NCBI GenBank assembly: GCA_028714375.1
Contig: JAQTMK010000001.1
Coordinates: 243,636 to 307,635 of the forward strand
From: Candidatus Nanoarchaeia archaeon
GTDB lineage: Archaea > Nanobdellota > Nanobdellia > SCGC-AAA011-G17 > JACPNG01
Direction of reading: 5' to 3'
DNA length: 64,000 bases
Under the pieces are notes generated by a model that saw nothing but the letters and a program-made list of their open reading frames with translations, had not been told where the DNA came from and did not search any database. Of this stretch, positions 17,653-28,164 are shown piece after piece. The first letter of the stretch is position 1; each line of letters opens with the position of its first letter. The position numbers and the translations under genes were made by a program.

Positions 17653-18489
17653 ATGCCAATTAATGCAGGTTTTGAGTTTGGGAAAGCAGAACGTAAGTTT
17701 CACGAAGCTGTAACTATCCATGAAAAGATGGAAGCTCTTAAGGAGATGTACAGGACTGCTCCCAAACACAAGTCTTCTGAAGGTTTGCTTAAAGAAATCA
17801 AAATCAAGATGGCTAAGTACAAGGAACTGATGGACAGGGAGAGAAAACAGAAAAAAGGTAAAGTAGCAAAATATTCAATAAAAAAAGAAGGTGCAGCAAC
17901 CATTACGTTGGTAGGTACAACAAATTCTGGGAAATCAACCTTATTAAAAAAACTGACAAATTCAAATCCCTTAATCTCAGAATATCCATTTACAACCCAG
18001 GATCCAGAAATTGGAACAATGGATTATAAGGGAGTAAAGTTACAGATTGTTGAACTTCCAGCAATAGTTAAGGATTTTATGCATTCCAAGAATGGCTTGG
18101 CTTTGATGTCAATTATAAGAATCTCAGATTTAATAGTCCTGATGTATAACAACGAAGAGGAAAGAAAATTATTATATAAAGAACTTGAAGATGAACAGCT
18201 AAATATTTTAGAGTATAAAAAACAAAACAATATAAAAGATTTAATGTGGGATCATTTGGATATGATTAAGGTTTATACAAAACAGCCAGGAAAAGGGAAA
18301 GATTACCCTCCAATGGCGCTTCCAAAAGGCTCAACTCTTAAAGACATAGCGCAAAAAGTTCATAAGGACTTTATCAAGAAATTTAAATTTGCAAGATTAT
18401 GGGGAAATTCTGTCAGATTCCAGGGAGCACAGGTTGGACTAAGTCATATTCTTCACGACGAAGATATTGTAGAATTTCATCTTAAATAA
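17653..18489 (+). CDS. DRG/Obg-class GTPase with a C-terminal TGS domain
   Basis: G1 motif GTTNSGKST, YPFTT switch region, C-terminal TGS-like segment; shorter than canonical DRG. Confidence 0.7.
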   Translation: MPINAGFEFGKAERKFHEAVTIHEKMEALKEMYRTAPKHKSSEGLLKEIKIKMAKYKELMDRERKQKKGKVAKYSIKKEGAATITLVGTTNSGKSTLLKKLTNSNPLISEYPFTTQDPEIGTMDYKGVKLQIVELPAIVKDFMHSKNGLALMSIIRISDLIVLMYNNEEERKLLYKELEDEQLNILEYKKQNNIKDLMWDHLDMIKVYTKQPGKGKDYPPMALPKGSTLKDIAQKVHKDFIKKFKFARLWGNSVRFQGAQVGLSHILHDEDIVEFHLK

Positions 18490-19333
18490 ATTTGTATTCT
18501 CCCTCATTATGTGTCGGAAAATTTTTTAAGTATGTATCAATTATAGACTCAAAAGCTTCAAGAGTTTCAATCAATAAATCTAGAGAGGTTTCTTTATTTT
18601 TCAAAGTTTTTTCAAAAAGCTTCGGATTTTTTAACATCTCAAAAGCTTTGTCTAAAGTTTTCAAATAAGTATCTGGACAATCAATATTCTTTTTTAATTT
18701 GCCTAGAGATATATTTTTTGAATCTACAATCTCTCCAGTTCTCAACAACAAGATACCTTTTGGAGATTTTGAAAGAGCTTCTACTGTTTTTCCAACTTTT
18801 AATTTAAAGTTTTCAGAATCATATTTTAATAATGTTTGAGATTCTAATACTAAATTTCTAATTTTTCTGAAATTAAATGATAAGTGATTTAAAGTACCTA
18901 CCTTGTAGTCTTTACCATCCATCTCAGATCTGTAATCTTGTTCAGAATAAAGAATAGATTTATTTTTTATCCAATCTGTAAAGTCTGTAGTGTAAGCTAA
19001 AAATCTCCCATCTTTAATTAAGACTCGATCTAAGAGATTTAACTGTAATGGAATTCTCTTTTTTTGGTCTTCTTTCATTATTTTTGAAATTTCCAATATC
19101 TCCTCTTTTGGAGTTATAATCCCAGAATTAAGGATTAACCCCCCATCTATATCGCTTCTTCCATAGTCACAATTGTGGAGATAAGAGCCATAAATATAAA
19201 AACATGAATCTGGGGAAATCAAATTTAAATCCTTAGAGAAATGCCTAATAAAATAATCATAGTCTTTCTTTTTTGGAAGTTTCATTTGATAATCAGAATA
19301 AGGTATCTGATTAACCATCACCCCAAAATTCAA
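18482..19333 (-). CDS. Nucleotidyltransferase-fold protein
   Basis: YGSYLHNCDYGRSDIDG is the minimal nucleotidyltransferase hG[GS]...D.D signature. Confidence 0.55.
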   Translation of the reverse strand: MNFGVMVNQIPYSDYQMKLPKKKDYDYFIRHFSKDLNLISPDSCFYIYGSYLHNCDYGRSDIDGGLILNSGIITPKEEILEISKIMKEDQKKRIPLQLNLLDRVLIKDGRFLAYTTDFTDWIKNKSILYSEQDYRSEMDGKDYKVGTLNHLSFNFRKIRNLVLESQTLLKYDSENFKLKVGKTVEALSKSPKGILLLRTGEIVDSKNISLGKLKKNIDCPDTYLKTLDKAFEMLKNPKLFEKTLKNKETSLDLLIETLEAFESIIDTYLKNFPTHNEGEYKFI

Positions 19334-19358
19334 CTAGCTATGCAATTTATAAATATTA

Positions 19359-20255
19359 TTATAAACCATTAACTATTTTATCCCATTCTTCAAAATTCTT
19401 GGATAAAGATATTTTTTGTCTGTATTTTGCACAGCCATTAAACCCCTTAACAACATACAAACTTAATGCCTTTAGACGATTAAAATTTTGGCAGTTTAAC
19501 TTTTCAGATAAATTCCAGTATTCATAAAGGACATTTATTTTTTTATTTAATTCAATTTCCTTCCCCTTTTTAATTTCAGTAAAAACTAAAGGATTCCCCA
19601 TAGCAGCTCTTCCAACCATGAAAGCATCCACGTTAGTCTCTTTCATTTTTTCTAAACTCTCTCTGTCTTTAATATCACCATTCCCAACCACCGGGATGTT
19701 TAAATTATCTTTAATATTTTTTATACCATCATAATTAACATTTCCACTATAACCCTGCCCGACAGTTCTTCCATGAACAATTATAAAAGAAGCTCCTCCG
19801 TCTTCAACCATCTTGGCACTTTTTAGTGAGTCATTTTTATCCAAAGCAATTCTAATTTTTCCGCTTATTGGTTTTTTAGAGTTACTAACTAAAAATTCAA
19901 CTATTTCTTTTATTTTTGCAGGACGTTTTAATAAAGCAGACCCAGATCCTTGTTTAATTACTTTGGTTGCTGGACATCCAAAATTAACATCAATAAAATC
20001 AAAATCATCTTCAGCAATTTTAAGACTTTTCTTATATGCATCAAGTCTTGTTCCGAATAACTGTATCCCAATTGGTTTTTCTTCATCAATTGTTTCAATC
20101 AATTTTAGGGTTGCCTTGTTGTCTCTTGAAAGAGCATTGACACTTATCATCTCAGTCATTACTATGTCTGCCCCGTATTTTCTGCACAATAATCGAAAAG
20201 CTATATCGTTTACTCCAGCCATTGGAGCAAGGAATAATTTATTTTTAATATTCAT
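19359..20255 (-). CDS. dus: tRNA-dihydrouridine synthase
   Basis: FLAPMAGVNDIAFRLL...DVNFGCP...cysteine...GRAAMGNP are Dus family motifs (TIM barrel, FMN-binding). Confidence 0.85.
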   Translation of the reverse strand: MNIKNKLFLAPMAGVNDIAFRLLCRKYGADIVMTEMISVNALSRDNKATLKLIETIDEEKPIGIQLFGTRLDAYKKSLKIAEDDFDFIDVNFGCPATKVIKQGSGSALLKRPAKIKEIVEFLVSNSKKPISGKIRIALDKNDSLKSAKMVEDGGASFIIVHGRTVGQGYSGNVNYDGIKNIKDNLNIPVVGNGDIKDRESLEKMKETNVDAFMVGRAAMGNPLVFTEIKKGKEIELNKKINVLYEYWNLSEKLNCQNFNRLKALSLYVVKGFNGCAKYRQKISLSKNFEEWDKIVNGL

Positions 20256-20364
20256 TTTATTATATTAATTTAGATAATTTATAAGTATTCTTACTAGTTT
20301 CAGATTATCGATAAATTTATAAATATGATATTTTTTTCAGAACAAAACCTTTGGAGGTAAAAAA

Positions 20365-20514
20365 ATGTCAGAAGAACTAAAAATCTTGTTAAAACATGAT
20401 GATGAAGATTATGACGAGCCTGATACTGGTGACGATGACACTAAGGACGATGACACTAGTGATGACGATCTTGAGGATGAACCTGAAGAAGAAGATTGGT
20501 CTGATGATTATTAG
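20365..20514 (+). CDS. Small, highly acidic protein (49 aa)
   Basis: Not on the ORF track. A GGAGGT ribosome-binding site lies 7 nt upstream of the ATG. Translation MSEELKILLKHDDEDYDEPDTGDDDTKDDDTSDDDLEDEPEEEDWSDDY. Confidence 0.4.
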   Translation: MSEELKILLKHDDEDYDEPDTGDDDTKDDDTSDDDLEDEPEEEDWSDDY

Positions 20515-20589
20515 TTAGAATTGCCCCAAGCAATTCTTGTTTTTTCTTTTAAACCAAAATTTTAAATACTATTTCTTTATCCAAATCTT

Positions 20590-21297
20590 ATGTTAAAGGC
20601 AGATTTACACATTCATACGAATTATATCCAAAAAGGAGAGGGAAAGTACTCCCCAAAATGGTTAATAGACCATATGGCTAAATGGGGGTATGAAGTTTTG
20701 GCAATTACAGAACACTCAACCCTTAATGGAGCATTTGTTAAGAAAAGCTATTCAAATGCGTTGGATACTTACTTTAAATTTAAGGATTATGCAAAAGAAA
20801 AGAATATCTTATTAATTCCTGGAGTTGAAAGACACATAGAGGGGGTTGAGGTTCTAATTTTAAATTATAATAATTTTGAAGAGATAAATACCTTTAAAGA
20901 TTTACAAAAAGTAAGGCAGAAAGGAGGGCTGATAATTGCTCCACACCCTTATTATCCCTGGGGATTAAATGGAAAACTTGAAGAAAACATAAAATATTTT
21001 GACGCATTAGAAAGGACAGTGCACTACCTTAAAGGATTTGATAGTTTAAATGAAAAAGCAGAAGAAATCGCAAAAAAATACAAAAAAACGATGGTAGCAA
21101 ACTCAGATGCACACTGGAAGTTTCAATTAAACAGGAATGCTACTCTTATAGATGCAGAAAAAAACATAGATTCTATTTTAGATGCAATAAGAAAAAATAA
21201 AGTTGAAATTCAAACTAAACCACTGACAACAAAACAATATTTTTTTACAACAATGTGGGTAATCAAATCAAAAATCAGAAAGTTATTTACTGTTTAA
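20590..21297 (+). CDS. PHP-domain metal-dependent phosphoesterase
   Basis: N-terminal ADLHIHTNY and AITEHS histidine motifs of the PHP family. Confidence 0.7.
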   Translation: MLKADLHIHTNYIQKGEGKYSPKWLIDHMAKWGYEVLAITEHSTLNGAFVKKSYSNALDTYFKFKDYAKEKNILLIPGVERHIEGVEVLILNYNNFEEINTFKDLQKVRQKGGLIIAPHPYYPWGLNGKLEENIKYFDALERTVHYLKGFDSLNEKAEEIAKKYKKTMVANSDAHWKFQLNRNATLIDAEKNIDSILDAIRKNKVEIQTKPLTTKQYFFTTMWVIKSKIRKLFTV

Positions 21298-22705
21298 GAT
21301 GTTTATTTAATAATTCAGAAGCTTTTTTACCATCCACCTTCCCACGGTATTTTTTCATTATCTCGCCCATCAAGGCCCCAAAGCTTAAGTTTTTGTTCTT
21401 GTGGATAATCTCCTTGATTTCTTTTTCAATTTCTTTTTCATCAACCTGTTCGTATTTTTTTAGATCAGCATCACCCTTGGTTGCAAAATCAACTAAAATC
21501 TCATAAACAGCATCTTTCCCAACTTTGCCTTCATTGTAATAACCCAAGGCATTTTCTATCATAGGTATCGTAACTTCTTTGTCAAACCTTGACTGAATCT
21601 CTTTTCTGACCTCAACCAAAACATTTGCAATGAATTCAGGGTTTACTTTGGAAAATTTATGAATATAACTTTCAAAATCAATATCCATCTTGATTAATTC
21701 TCTGGATAGTTCTTCACTAAACTTATATTTTTCAATAAATTTATTTGTTTTTTCAGATATTAATTCAGGTAACTCAAGTGAGTCTAACATCTTTTTGGTA
21801 ATCTTTATAATTTTTATATCAGTTTCAGGATACATTCTTGATGCTCCAGGCATTGGTCTCTGATATTCTGTTGTGAAATCCGGATTTGCTTTTCTTACAT
21901 GACCTTCTTCATTTTTGGTTTTTAACTGCCTGTGGATTTCATTATCAATTGTTCTTGGAATATTTTTTAGGTCTTGAAATCCTTTTATTTCAATTCTGTT
22001 ATGCCCCTTAATACTTACATTAACATCCTGTCTTATGCTTCCAATTCCTCTTTTTACTTTTCCAGTAGATCTTAAAATCATACCAATGATAGAAGCAACT
22101 TCCCGGGCATGCTCGCTGTCTTTGATCTCTGGCGCAGTTGCAATTTCAATTAAACCAACTCCCAGTCTATCTAACCTATAAGTTATGGAATTATTTTCTT
22201 CCTTTACTTTCTTAGCAGCCTCTTCCTCTAAACAAACAGTTTCAATATTAACTTTTCCTTTGCTTGTATTGATAAAACCATTAGTTCCAATCAAAGCAGT
22301 TCTTTGAAATCCAGAAACATTGCTTCCATCTACAACGGTTTTTCTCATAAACTGAATACTATCAACAACTTTGCAGTTTAATAATAAACAGATTTGCAAT
22401 GCAATATCCAATGAATCTTTGTTTAGTTCATGTGGTGGTTCTTCGTCATATTCAACCAAACAGCTGGAACTTGAACAGGCCTCGTAGATAACTTCTTTGT
22501 CCTTGGACATTTCAAACTCAGCAGCCCTGTCTATTTTTCCAGTCTCTCCGGCTATTGCTCTTAATTTTCTTTTAAACTTAATATTGGGTTCATTTTCATC
22601 ATTAACGATTGCAGGACATTTGCAGAATAACTTTCTTCCTTCAATCTGTTGATGGATCTCTAATCCAGATTTAAAACCCAGTTCTTTATAGTTAATCATT
22701 ATCAT
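21287..22705 (-). CDS. gatE: Glu-tRNA(Gln) amidotransferase subunit E-like (compact GatE/GatB-family)
   Basis: GLEIHQQI...KLFCKCP N-terminus typical of GatE; a C-terminal GatB/YqeY-like domain; adjacent to gatD. At 472 aa it is shorter than the usual ~620-aa GatE. Confidence 0.6.
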   Translation of the reverse strand: MIMINYKELGFKSGLEIHQQIEGRKLFCKCPAIVNDENEPNIKFKRKLRAIAGETGKIDRAAEFEMSKDKEVIYEACSSSSCLVEYDEEPPHELNKDSLDIALQICLLLNCKVVDSIQFMRKTVVDGSNVSGFQRTALIGTNGFINTSKGKVNIETVCLEEEAAKKVKEENNSITYRLDRLGVGLIEIATAPEIKDSEHAREVASIIGMILRSTGKVKRGIGSIRQDVNVSIKGHNRIEIKGFQDLKNIPRTIDNEIHRQLKTKNEEGHVRKANPDFTTEYQRPMPGASRMYPETDIKIIKITKKMLDSLELPELISEKTNKFIEKYKFSEELSRELIKMDIDFESYIHKFSKVNPEFIANVLVEVRKEIQSRFDKEVTIPMIENALGYYNEGKVGKDAVYEILVDFATKGDADLKKYEQVDEKEIEKEIKEIIHKNKNLSFGALMGEIMKKYRGKVDGKKASELLNKHLKQ

Positions 22706-22746
22706 CTTAGAATTATATTGGTTTATATTCTTTACTTTTTTGAAAA

Positions 22747-24018
22747 CTAAATAAATTCTAATCCAATTCTTTTATTAATTTCTCCTTTTAGGTTAGTAGA
22801 AATCATTTGTTTTACTTGATCTTTTTTGTAGTTCCCAAGCAACCACGCCAGTTTAATATAAGCAGTTTCAGTTGTCATATCCTCTCCAGAGATAACTCCA
22901 ATCTTTTGCAGTTCTCTTCCAGTAGAATAAACATTCATGTTAACTCTTCCAAAAATGCATTGGCTTGTCATAACAATAACACAGCTTTTGCTTAATTTTT
23001 TTAAGGCATTGAATATTTTTTTATTTTCAGGAGAATTGTCAATTGAAATATGTCCCAGTCCAGTCCCTTCAATAACCAATCCCTTATAACCTTTAAAACT
23101 TTCAATTTGTTTTGAATTTAAATTTGGATATGTTCTTAAAATTCCAACTTTTTCCTCAAATTTATTTTTTGATTTCCAAGCTCCTTTTTCATTCTTTAAT
23201 TCTTTAATCATTTTAATCTTATTTTTAGAATAATTTACTTCAGCAATAGCTTCATCATTAATAATCTTGAATGCATCTCTTCTGGAGCTGTGTAGTTTTC
23301 TGGTTTTTAATGCAGGCATGATTAGACAAGTATCATCGTTGATGTCTTTGTGCATACAGATTGCAACTCCAGTAAATTCAGTATTTGCAATAAAATATGT
23401 GGCATTAATCAGATTTAATGCAGCATCACTGCTCCCCCTATCACTTGATCTCTGAGAACCGACCAAAACTACCGGTACTGGCAGATTATCAAACATAAAA
23501 CTTAAAGCAGCAGCGCTATAATGCATAGTGTCAGTTCCGTGTCCGATAATAATCCCCTTTACACCGCTTTTAATTTCTTTTTCAATTGCTTTTGATATAT
23601 TAACATAGTCCTTGAATCTTAAATTTTCAGAAAAAACATTGGAAACAAAAATACTTTTGATATTAGCAATCTTTTCCAGTTCCGGAAACATTGAAACTAA
23701 CTCTTCAGGTTCAAATCTTGCTACAACTCCACCAGTATTATAATCAACTTTTGAAGCGATTGTTCCCCCAGTATGTAATATTGAGACTGTGGGTAAGTTT
23801 TTGTTGTGCTTAACCTTTACAGTTGAAGATTTTATATCAATTTTTTTGTCAAGAATTTTAACTTTTTTAATGTCTTTGATGTTTATTCCAACATTATATC
23901 CTGACTCTAGTTTTAAAAACAAAGTTTCTGAATCAGAATTAGGCATGACTATTCCTTTATAGACTTCATCCTTTAATTCAACCTCTATTTTTTCTAAACC
24001 TTTAAATTTTTTAACCAT
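22747..24018 (-). CDS. gatD: Glu-tRNA(Gln) amidotransferase subunit D
   Basis: Asparaginase-like motifs ILHTGGTIAS and GHGTDTMHYSAAALSF; 423 aa; adjacent to the gatE-like gene. Confidence 0.8.
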   Translation of the reverse strand: MVKKFKGLEKIEVELKDEVYKGIVMPNSDSETLFLKLESGYNVGINIKDIKKVKILDKKIDIKSSTVKVKHNKNLPTVSILHTGGTIASKVDYNTGGVVARFEPEELVSMFPELEKIANIKSIFVSNVFSENLRFKDYVNISKAIEKEIKSGVKGIIIGHGTDTMHYSAAALSFMFDNLPVPVVLVGSQRSSDRGSSDAALNLINATYFIANTEFTGVAICMHKDINDDTCLIMPALKTRKLHSSRRDAFKIINDEAIAEVNYSKNKIKMIKELKNEKGAWKSKNKFEEKVGILRTYPNLNSKQIESFKGYKGLVIEGTGLGHISIDNSPENKKIFNALKKLSKSCVIVMTSQCIFGRVNMNVYSTGRELQKIGVISGEDMTTETAYIKLAWLLGNYKKDQVKQMISTNLKGEINKRIGLEFI

Positions 24019-24387
24019 CTTTTGAATAAAAAATACAAACCTAATTAAAAATTATTTATATTTTATAATCTCTATATTATAAAACAATATTATCTAAAAT
24101 ATATATTACTCATAAAAAATATTTAAATACTAATATGTTATCTAAAAAGACAATTAAAATAATAGAATTAAATAAGTTCCATCATATTCAGCATTTATCG
24201 GGCAATAAAGGCTGATTGGGCGTTCAGGAACTTTCGGGCATGTATTGCGTTCCTAATTGAATTTATCTGTCGAAACAGTTATACTTGGGCAAGCTAAACT
24301 ATTTCTAAGAAACAATAATCATTACTCAAATATAAAGGTTTCGGTTTTGAGTAAAAAAAAACAAAAAAACAAGGGGGAAAAAGAAAA

Positions 24388-25458
24388 ATGGATTTTATTG
24401 TTCAAAGCGCAATTGAAACACACAAAGACACAATGCCAACATCACATGTTGGTCAGGCAAATATCAAAGTTATAGGTTGCGGTGGTGGAGGATCCAACAC
24501 TGTTAACTGGTTGTTTAAGAAAGGGGTTCAAGGAGCAGAAATTGCTGCACTTAACACCGACAAACAGCACCTAGACATAATTGAAGCAGACAGAAAAATA
24601 TTGATTGGAAAAGATCTAACAAGAGGACTTGGAGCAGGCGGTTATCCGAATGTTGGAAGAGATGCTGCCAAAGAATCATTACACGAACTAAGGGACCTAA
24701 TTAAAGATACAGATATGGTATTTATCTGTGCTGGAATGGGTGGTGGAACAGGAACAGGAGCAGCACCAGTAATGGCACAGATGGCTAAAGAAGCAGGAGC
24801 AATCGTAATTGGTACAGTCACTATGCCTTTCAACATTGAAAGAGCAAGAATTGACAAAGCTGAATTTGGTCTACAACAATTAAGAGAGGTCTCTGACACA
24901 GTTATAGTTATAGACAACAACAGGTTAGTCCAGATTGCAGGAAACCTACCAATTGAGCAGGCATTTGCTGTAGCTAACGAATTAATGAGTACAATGATAA
25001 AGGGGATAGTAGAAATTATCTCAGTACCTTCATTGGTTAACCTTGACTATGCAGATGTAAAAGCAATTATGGCAAACGGAGATGTATCTGTTATTGGTAT
25101 TGGAGAATCTGACTCTTCTCATAGGGTAGAAGAAGCAGTAAGAAGAGCCTTAACAAACCCACTACTTGATGTAAGTTATGAAGGGGCAACTGGTGCTTTA
25201 ATCCACGTTTCAGGTGGAGATGACCTTACATTGGATGAAGTAAGTAGAGTTGGTGACCTTATTACAGAAGCTCTGGATGCAGATGCTAACGTAATCTGGG
25301 GAGCAAGAATCAGTAAAGAGATGAAAGGAAGAGTAAGAGTTATGACCATCGTTACTGGAGTCAACTCACCATACATACTTGGTAAATCCCAAAAAGGTAA
25401 GATGAGCTCACAGTCAAAGCATCTAAGTAGGGAACTAGGTATAGACCTAGTACATTAA
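24388..25458 (+). CDS. ftsZ: Cell division protein FtsZ
   Basis: GCGGGGSN and [13 protein letters not shown] tubulin/FtsZ signature motifs; a GGGGGAAAAAG ribosome-binding site lies just upstream. Confidence 0.92.
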   Translation: MDFIVQSAIETHKDTMPTSHVGQANIKVIGCGGGGSNTVNWLFKKGVQGAEIAALNTDKQHLDIIEADRKILIGKDLTRGLGAGGYPNVGRDAAKESLHELRDLIKDTDMVFICAGMGGGTGTGAAPVMAQMAKEAGAIVIGTVTMPFNIERARIDKAEFGLQQLREVSDTVIVIDNNRLVQIAGNLPIEQAFAVANELMSTMIKGIVEIISVPSLVNLDYADVKAIMANGDVSVIGIGESDSSHRVEEAVRRALTNPLLDVSYEGATGALIHVSGGDDLTLDEVSRVGDLITEALDADANVIWGARISKEMKGRVRVMTIVTGVNSPYILGKSQKGKMSSQSKHLSRELGIDLVH

Positions 25459-25561
25459 TGCTTTAAGGGCAAAGAATCCCCCTATGTTTGTTTGCCCTTA
25501 ACCTAAATCTTGCTGGTGCTTTATGCATCAGCATTATTTTTTTTAAAATTAAAAGAATTAA

Positions 25562-26197
25562 CTAATTGGATTTTTTCTTCTTTAAAACATTAATTACTTT
25601 TTCATAGAATGGTTTTGTTTTTTTCTTAATCTCTTCTTTGATTCTTTTTATGTCATGGACTGTTGATTTTTCTTTTACTCCCCACTCTTCATAATATACA
25701 AAATGTTCTAATTCCTTTCTTATTGGCTCTTTATGGTTCTGATTGGGATACCCAATTGGAACAACAAACAAAGGTTCAACATTATCAGGTATTTTTATGA
25801 TTCTCCTTACAGCATTCTTATCAAAACTTGCAACCAAACAACTGCCTAATCCTTTTTCATGTAATAATAATGTTAGATTTTGAGTAAACAAAGAAACATT
25901 TTCTACTGCATATATATTTCCTCTTTCGTTATAAACTTTAACAGTAACATCAGGCTCACTGCACATTACCAAAACCAAAGGTGCTTCACTAATCCATCTT
26001 TGTCTTAGGCATGCAACAGCCAGATTTTTTATTTTTTCAGAATCCTGGATTACAACCACTTTCCAGTTCTGCAAATTCCCAGAACTTGGGGCAAACTTAG
26101 AATTATCAATGCATTCATAAATGTCCTGAATTTTTATATTTTTATTTTTAAATGATCTTACAGACCTTCTCTCTGTTATCGCTTTTTTTAGTTCCAT
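25562..26197 (-). CDS. Nitroreductase-family protein
   Basis: RRSVRSF...SGNLQNW...LACL motifs of the nitroreductase fold. Confidence 0.7.
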   Translation of the reverse strand: MELKKAITERRSVRSFKNKNIKIQDIYECIDNSKFAPSSGNLQNWKVVVIQDSEKIKNLAVACLRQRWISEAPLVLVMCSEPDVTVKVYNERGNIYAVENVSLFTQNLTLLLHEKGLGSCLVASFDKNAVRRIIKIPDNVEPLFVVPIGYPNQNHKEPIRKELEHFVYYEEWGVKEKSTVHDIKRIKEEIKKKTKPFYEKVINVLKKKKSN

Positions 26198-26235
26198 ACA
26201 AAAACTTTAAATGTATCCTGTTATTTATAACTTTT

Positions 26236-27993
26236 ATGGATTATCTGGAACTAGCTAAATGTTATGATAATTTAGAAAAAACTACTAAAAGACTTGAAAA
26301 AACAGAAATCATAGCAGAATTAATCAAAAAAGCACCTAAGGAAGTTCTGAAACAGATAATGTATCTGATTAACGGAAAAGTTTTTCCGATTTATGATGAA
26401 AGAAAAATCGGTGTTTCTTCTAAGATTGCAATTAAAGCCTTGGCCCAGACAACAGGAACTTCAGCAGAAAAAATAGAGTCTATGATGAAGAAAAAAGGAG
26501 ATTTGGGATTGGTAGCAGAAGAATTAATTCAAACAAACAAACAAAAAACACTTTTCAGTAAAAAATTAACAATTGCAAAAGTTTTTGAAAATATTTCTAA
26601 CTTAGCAAACATGCAGGGGCAGGGAACAGTTAATAGGAGAGTGCAATTAATCTCAGAATTATACTCCAATGCTTCCCCCCTTGAGGCAAGATATATAACA
26701 AGAACCTTATTGGATGTTTTAAGAGTTGGTGTTGCAGAGGGAACAATACGTGACTCATTGTTATGGGCCTTTTTCCCAAAAATGGTATCATATGATAAGG
26801 AAAAACAGGAAATTGTGCTTACGGGTTCAAGAGATGAGTATAATGAATTGATGGATAAAATACAGCATGCCTATAATATGTCTAATGATTTTTCTGAAAT
26901 TGCTTTAGCTCTTAAGGAAAACAAATTAGATTCGCTAAAAAAAATAAAAATTAGTCTGGCCAAACCAATTAATCCAATGCTTGCTATTAAAGTAGAGTCT
27001 ATTAAAGAGGCCTATGAAATCCTTGGCAAAAAAGTTCTTTGGGAATACAAATTGGATGGTTTTAGGGGTCAGATTCACAAGCTCGGGAAGAATAAATATG
27101 AAATTTACACAAGAAGGTTAGAAAAAGTTACAAACCAATTTAAAGAATTAATCCCAAGATTAGAAAAACACGTTAAGGGAGATTCTTATATTTTGGATAC
27201 AGAGTTTGTCGGGTATGATCCAAAAACAAAAAGACCAAGGCCATTCCAGTATATCTCTCAGAGAATAAAAAGAAAACACAATATTGAGAAAGTTGCAAAA
27301 GAGTTTCCTGTGGAAATTAATGTTTTTGATGTTCTTTATCTTGACGGGAAAAATCTAATGGATCTAAGTCAGATTGAAAGAAGAAAAATATTGGAAAAAA
27401 TAATCAAAGAAGAAAAATTTAATATTATTCTGACAAAATCCCTGCTTACAGAAAATCAGAAAGAAGTTGAAAAATTTTATAAGGAATCTTTGAAGGCAGG
27501 CAATGAAGGTTTGATGGGAAAACAGATAGAAAAAGATTACAAGCCTGGCCGTCATGTTAATGGATGGATAAAATTAAAGCCAATTAAGGAACCATTGGAC
27601 TTGGTTATAACCGGAGCACAATGGGGAGAAGGGAAAAGAACTTCTGCATTTAGTTCATTTACTCTTTCATGCAGGTCAGATGGCAAATTTTTGGAAGTTG
27701 GAAAGGTTGGTACAGGAATTAAAGAAAAAGATGCAGAACTTACATTTGAATCTCTTACTAAATTATTAAAACCACTAATATTGAAACAAAAAAATCAATC
27801 TGCTGAGATAAAACCAAGGCTCGTTGTTGAAGTTAACTATGAAGAGATACAAAAGTCTCCAACCTATAGTTCAGGGTATGCTTTAAGATTTCCAAGAGTC
27901 ACTAGGATAAGATATGACAAATCAGAAAAGAATGCAAACACCGTCGAAGATGTCAAAAGAATATACACTAAACAAAATAAGTCTCTTATATAA
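26236..27993 (+). CDS. lig: ATP-dependent DNA ligase
   Basis: Adenylation motif EYKLDGFRGQIH (KxDG), downstream nucleotidyltransferase and OB-fold regions. Start trimmed to M at 26236 (MDYLELAKCY) to avoid overlap with the nitroreductase gene. Confidence 0.88.
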   Translation: MDYLELAKCYDNLEKTTKRLEKTEIIAELIKKAPKEVLKQIMYLINGKVFPIYDERKIGVSSKIAIKALAQTTGTSAEKIESMMKKKGDLGLVAEELIQTNKQKTLFSKKLTIAKVFENISNLANMQGQGTVNRRVQLISELYSNASPLEARYITRTLLDVLRVGVAEGTIRDSLLWAFFPKMVSYDKEKQEIVLTGSRDEYNELMDKIQHAYNMSNDFSEIALALKENKLDSLKKIKISLAKPINPMLAIKVESIKEAYEILGKKVLWEYKLDGFRGQIHKLGKNKYEIYTRRLEKVTNQFKELIPRLEKHVKGDSYILDTEFVGYDPKTKRPRPFQYISQRIKRKHNIEKVAKEFPVEINVFDVLYLDGKNLMDLSQIERRKILEKIIKEEKFNIILTKSLLTENQKEVEKFYKESLKAGNEGLMGKQIEKDYKPGRHVNGWIKLKPIKEPLDLVITGAQWGEGKRTSAFSSFTLSCRSDGKFLEVGKVGTGIKEKDAELTFESLTKLLKPLILKQKNQSAEIKPRLVVEVNYEEIQKSPTYSSGYALRFPRVTRIRYDKSEKNANTVEDVKRIYTKQNKSLI

Positions 27994-28164
27994 CAATTTT
28001 GTAGTGGTAACTTTTTAAAATGAACATTCGAAAATAAAAATCTTTAAATACTCAAGTATTTACTGTTTACTTAACTTTATATCCACATGCAGTAAGTAAT
28101 TAATTTCGAACCTTCAAGGTGGTTATAATAAAAAAGAGGTTTTATACCAGGAGGAAGATGGTTA

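Noticed and set aside
24642-25376. Minus-strand ORFs 24642-24920 and 25176-25376 within ftsZ
   Set aside because: Antisense to ftsZ; their Ala/Pro/Thr-rich translation simply reflects the GGT/GCA-rich FtsZ codons.
26152-26235. N-terminal extension of the DNA ligase ORF overlapping the nitroreductase gene
   Set aside because: Hydrophobic junk translation; ligase homology starts at MDYLELAKCY (26236).
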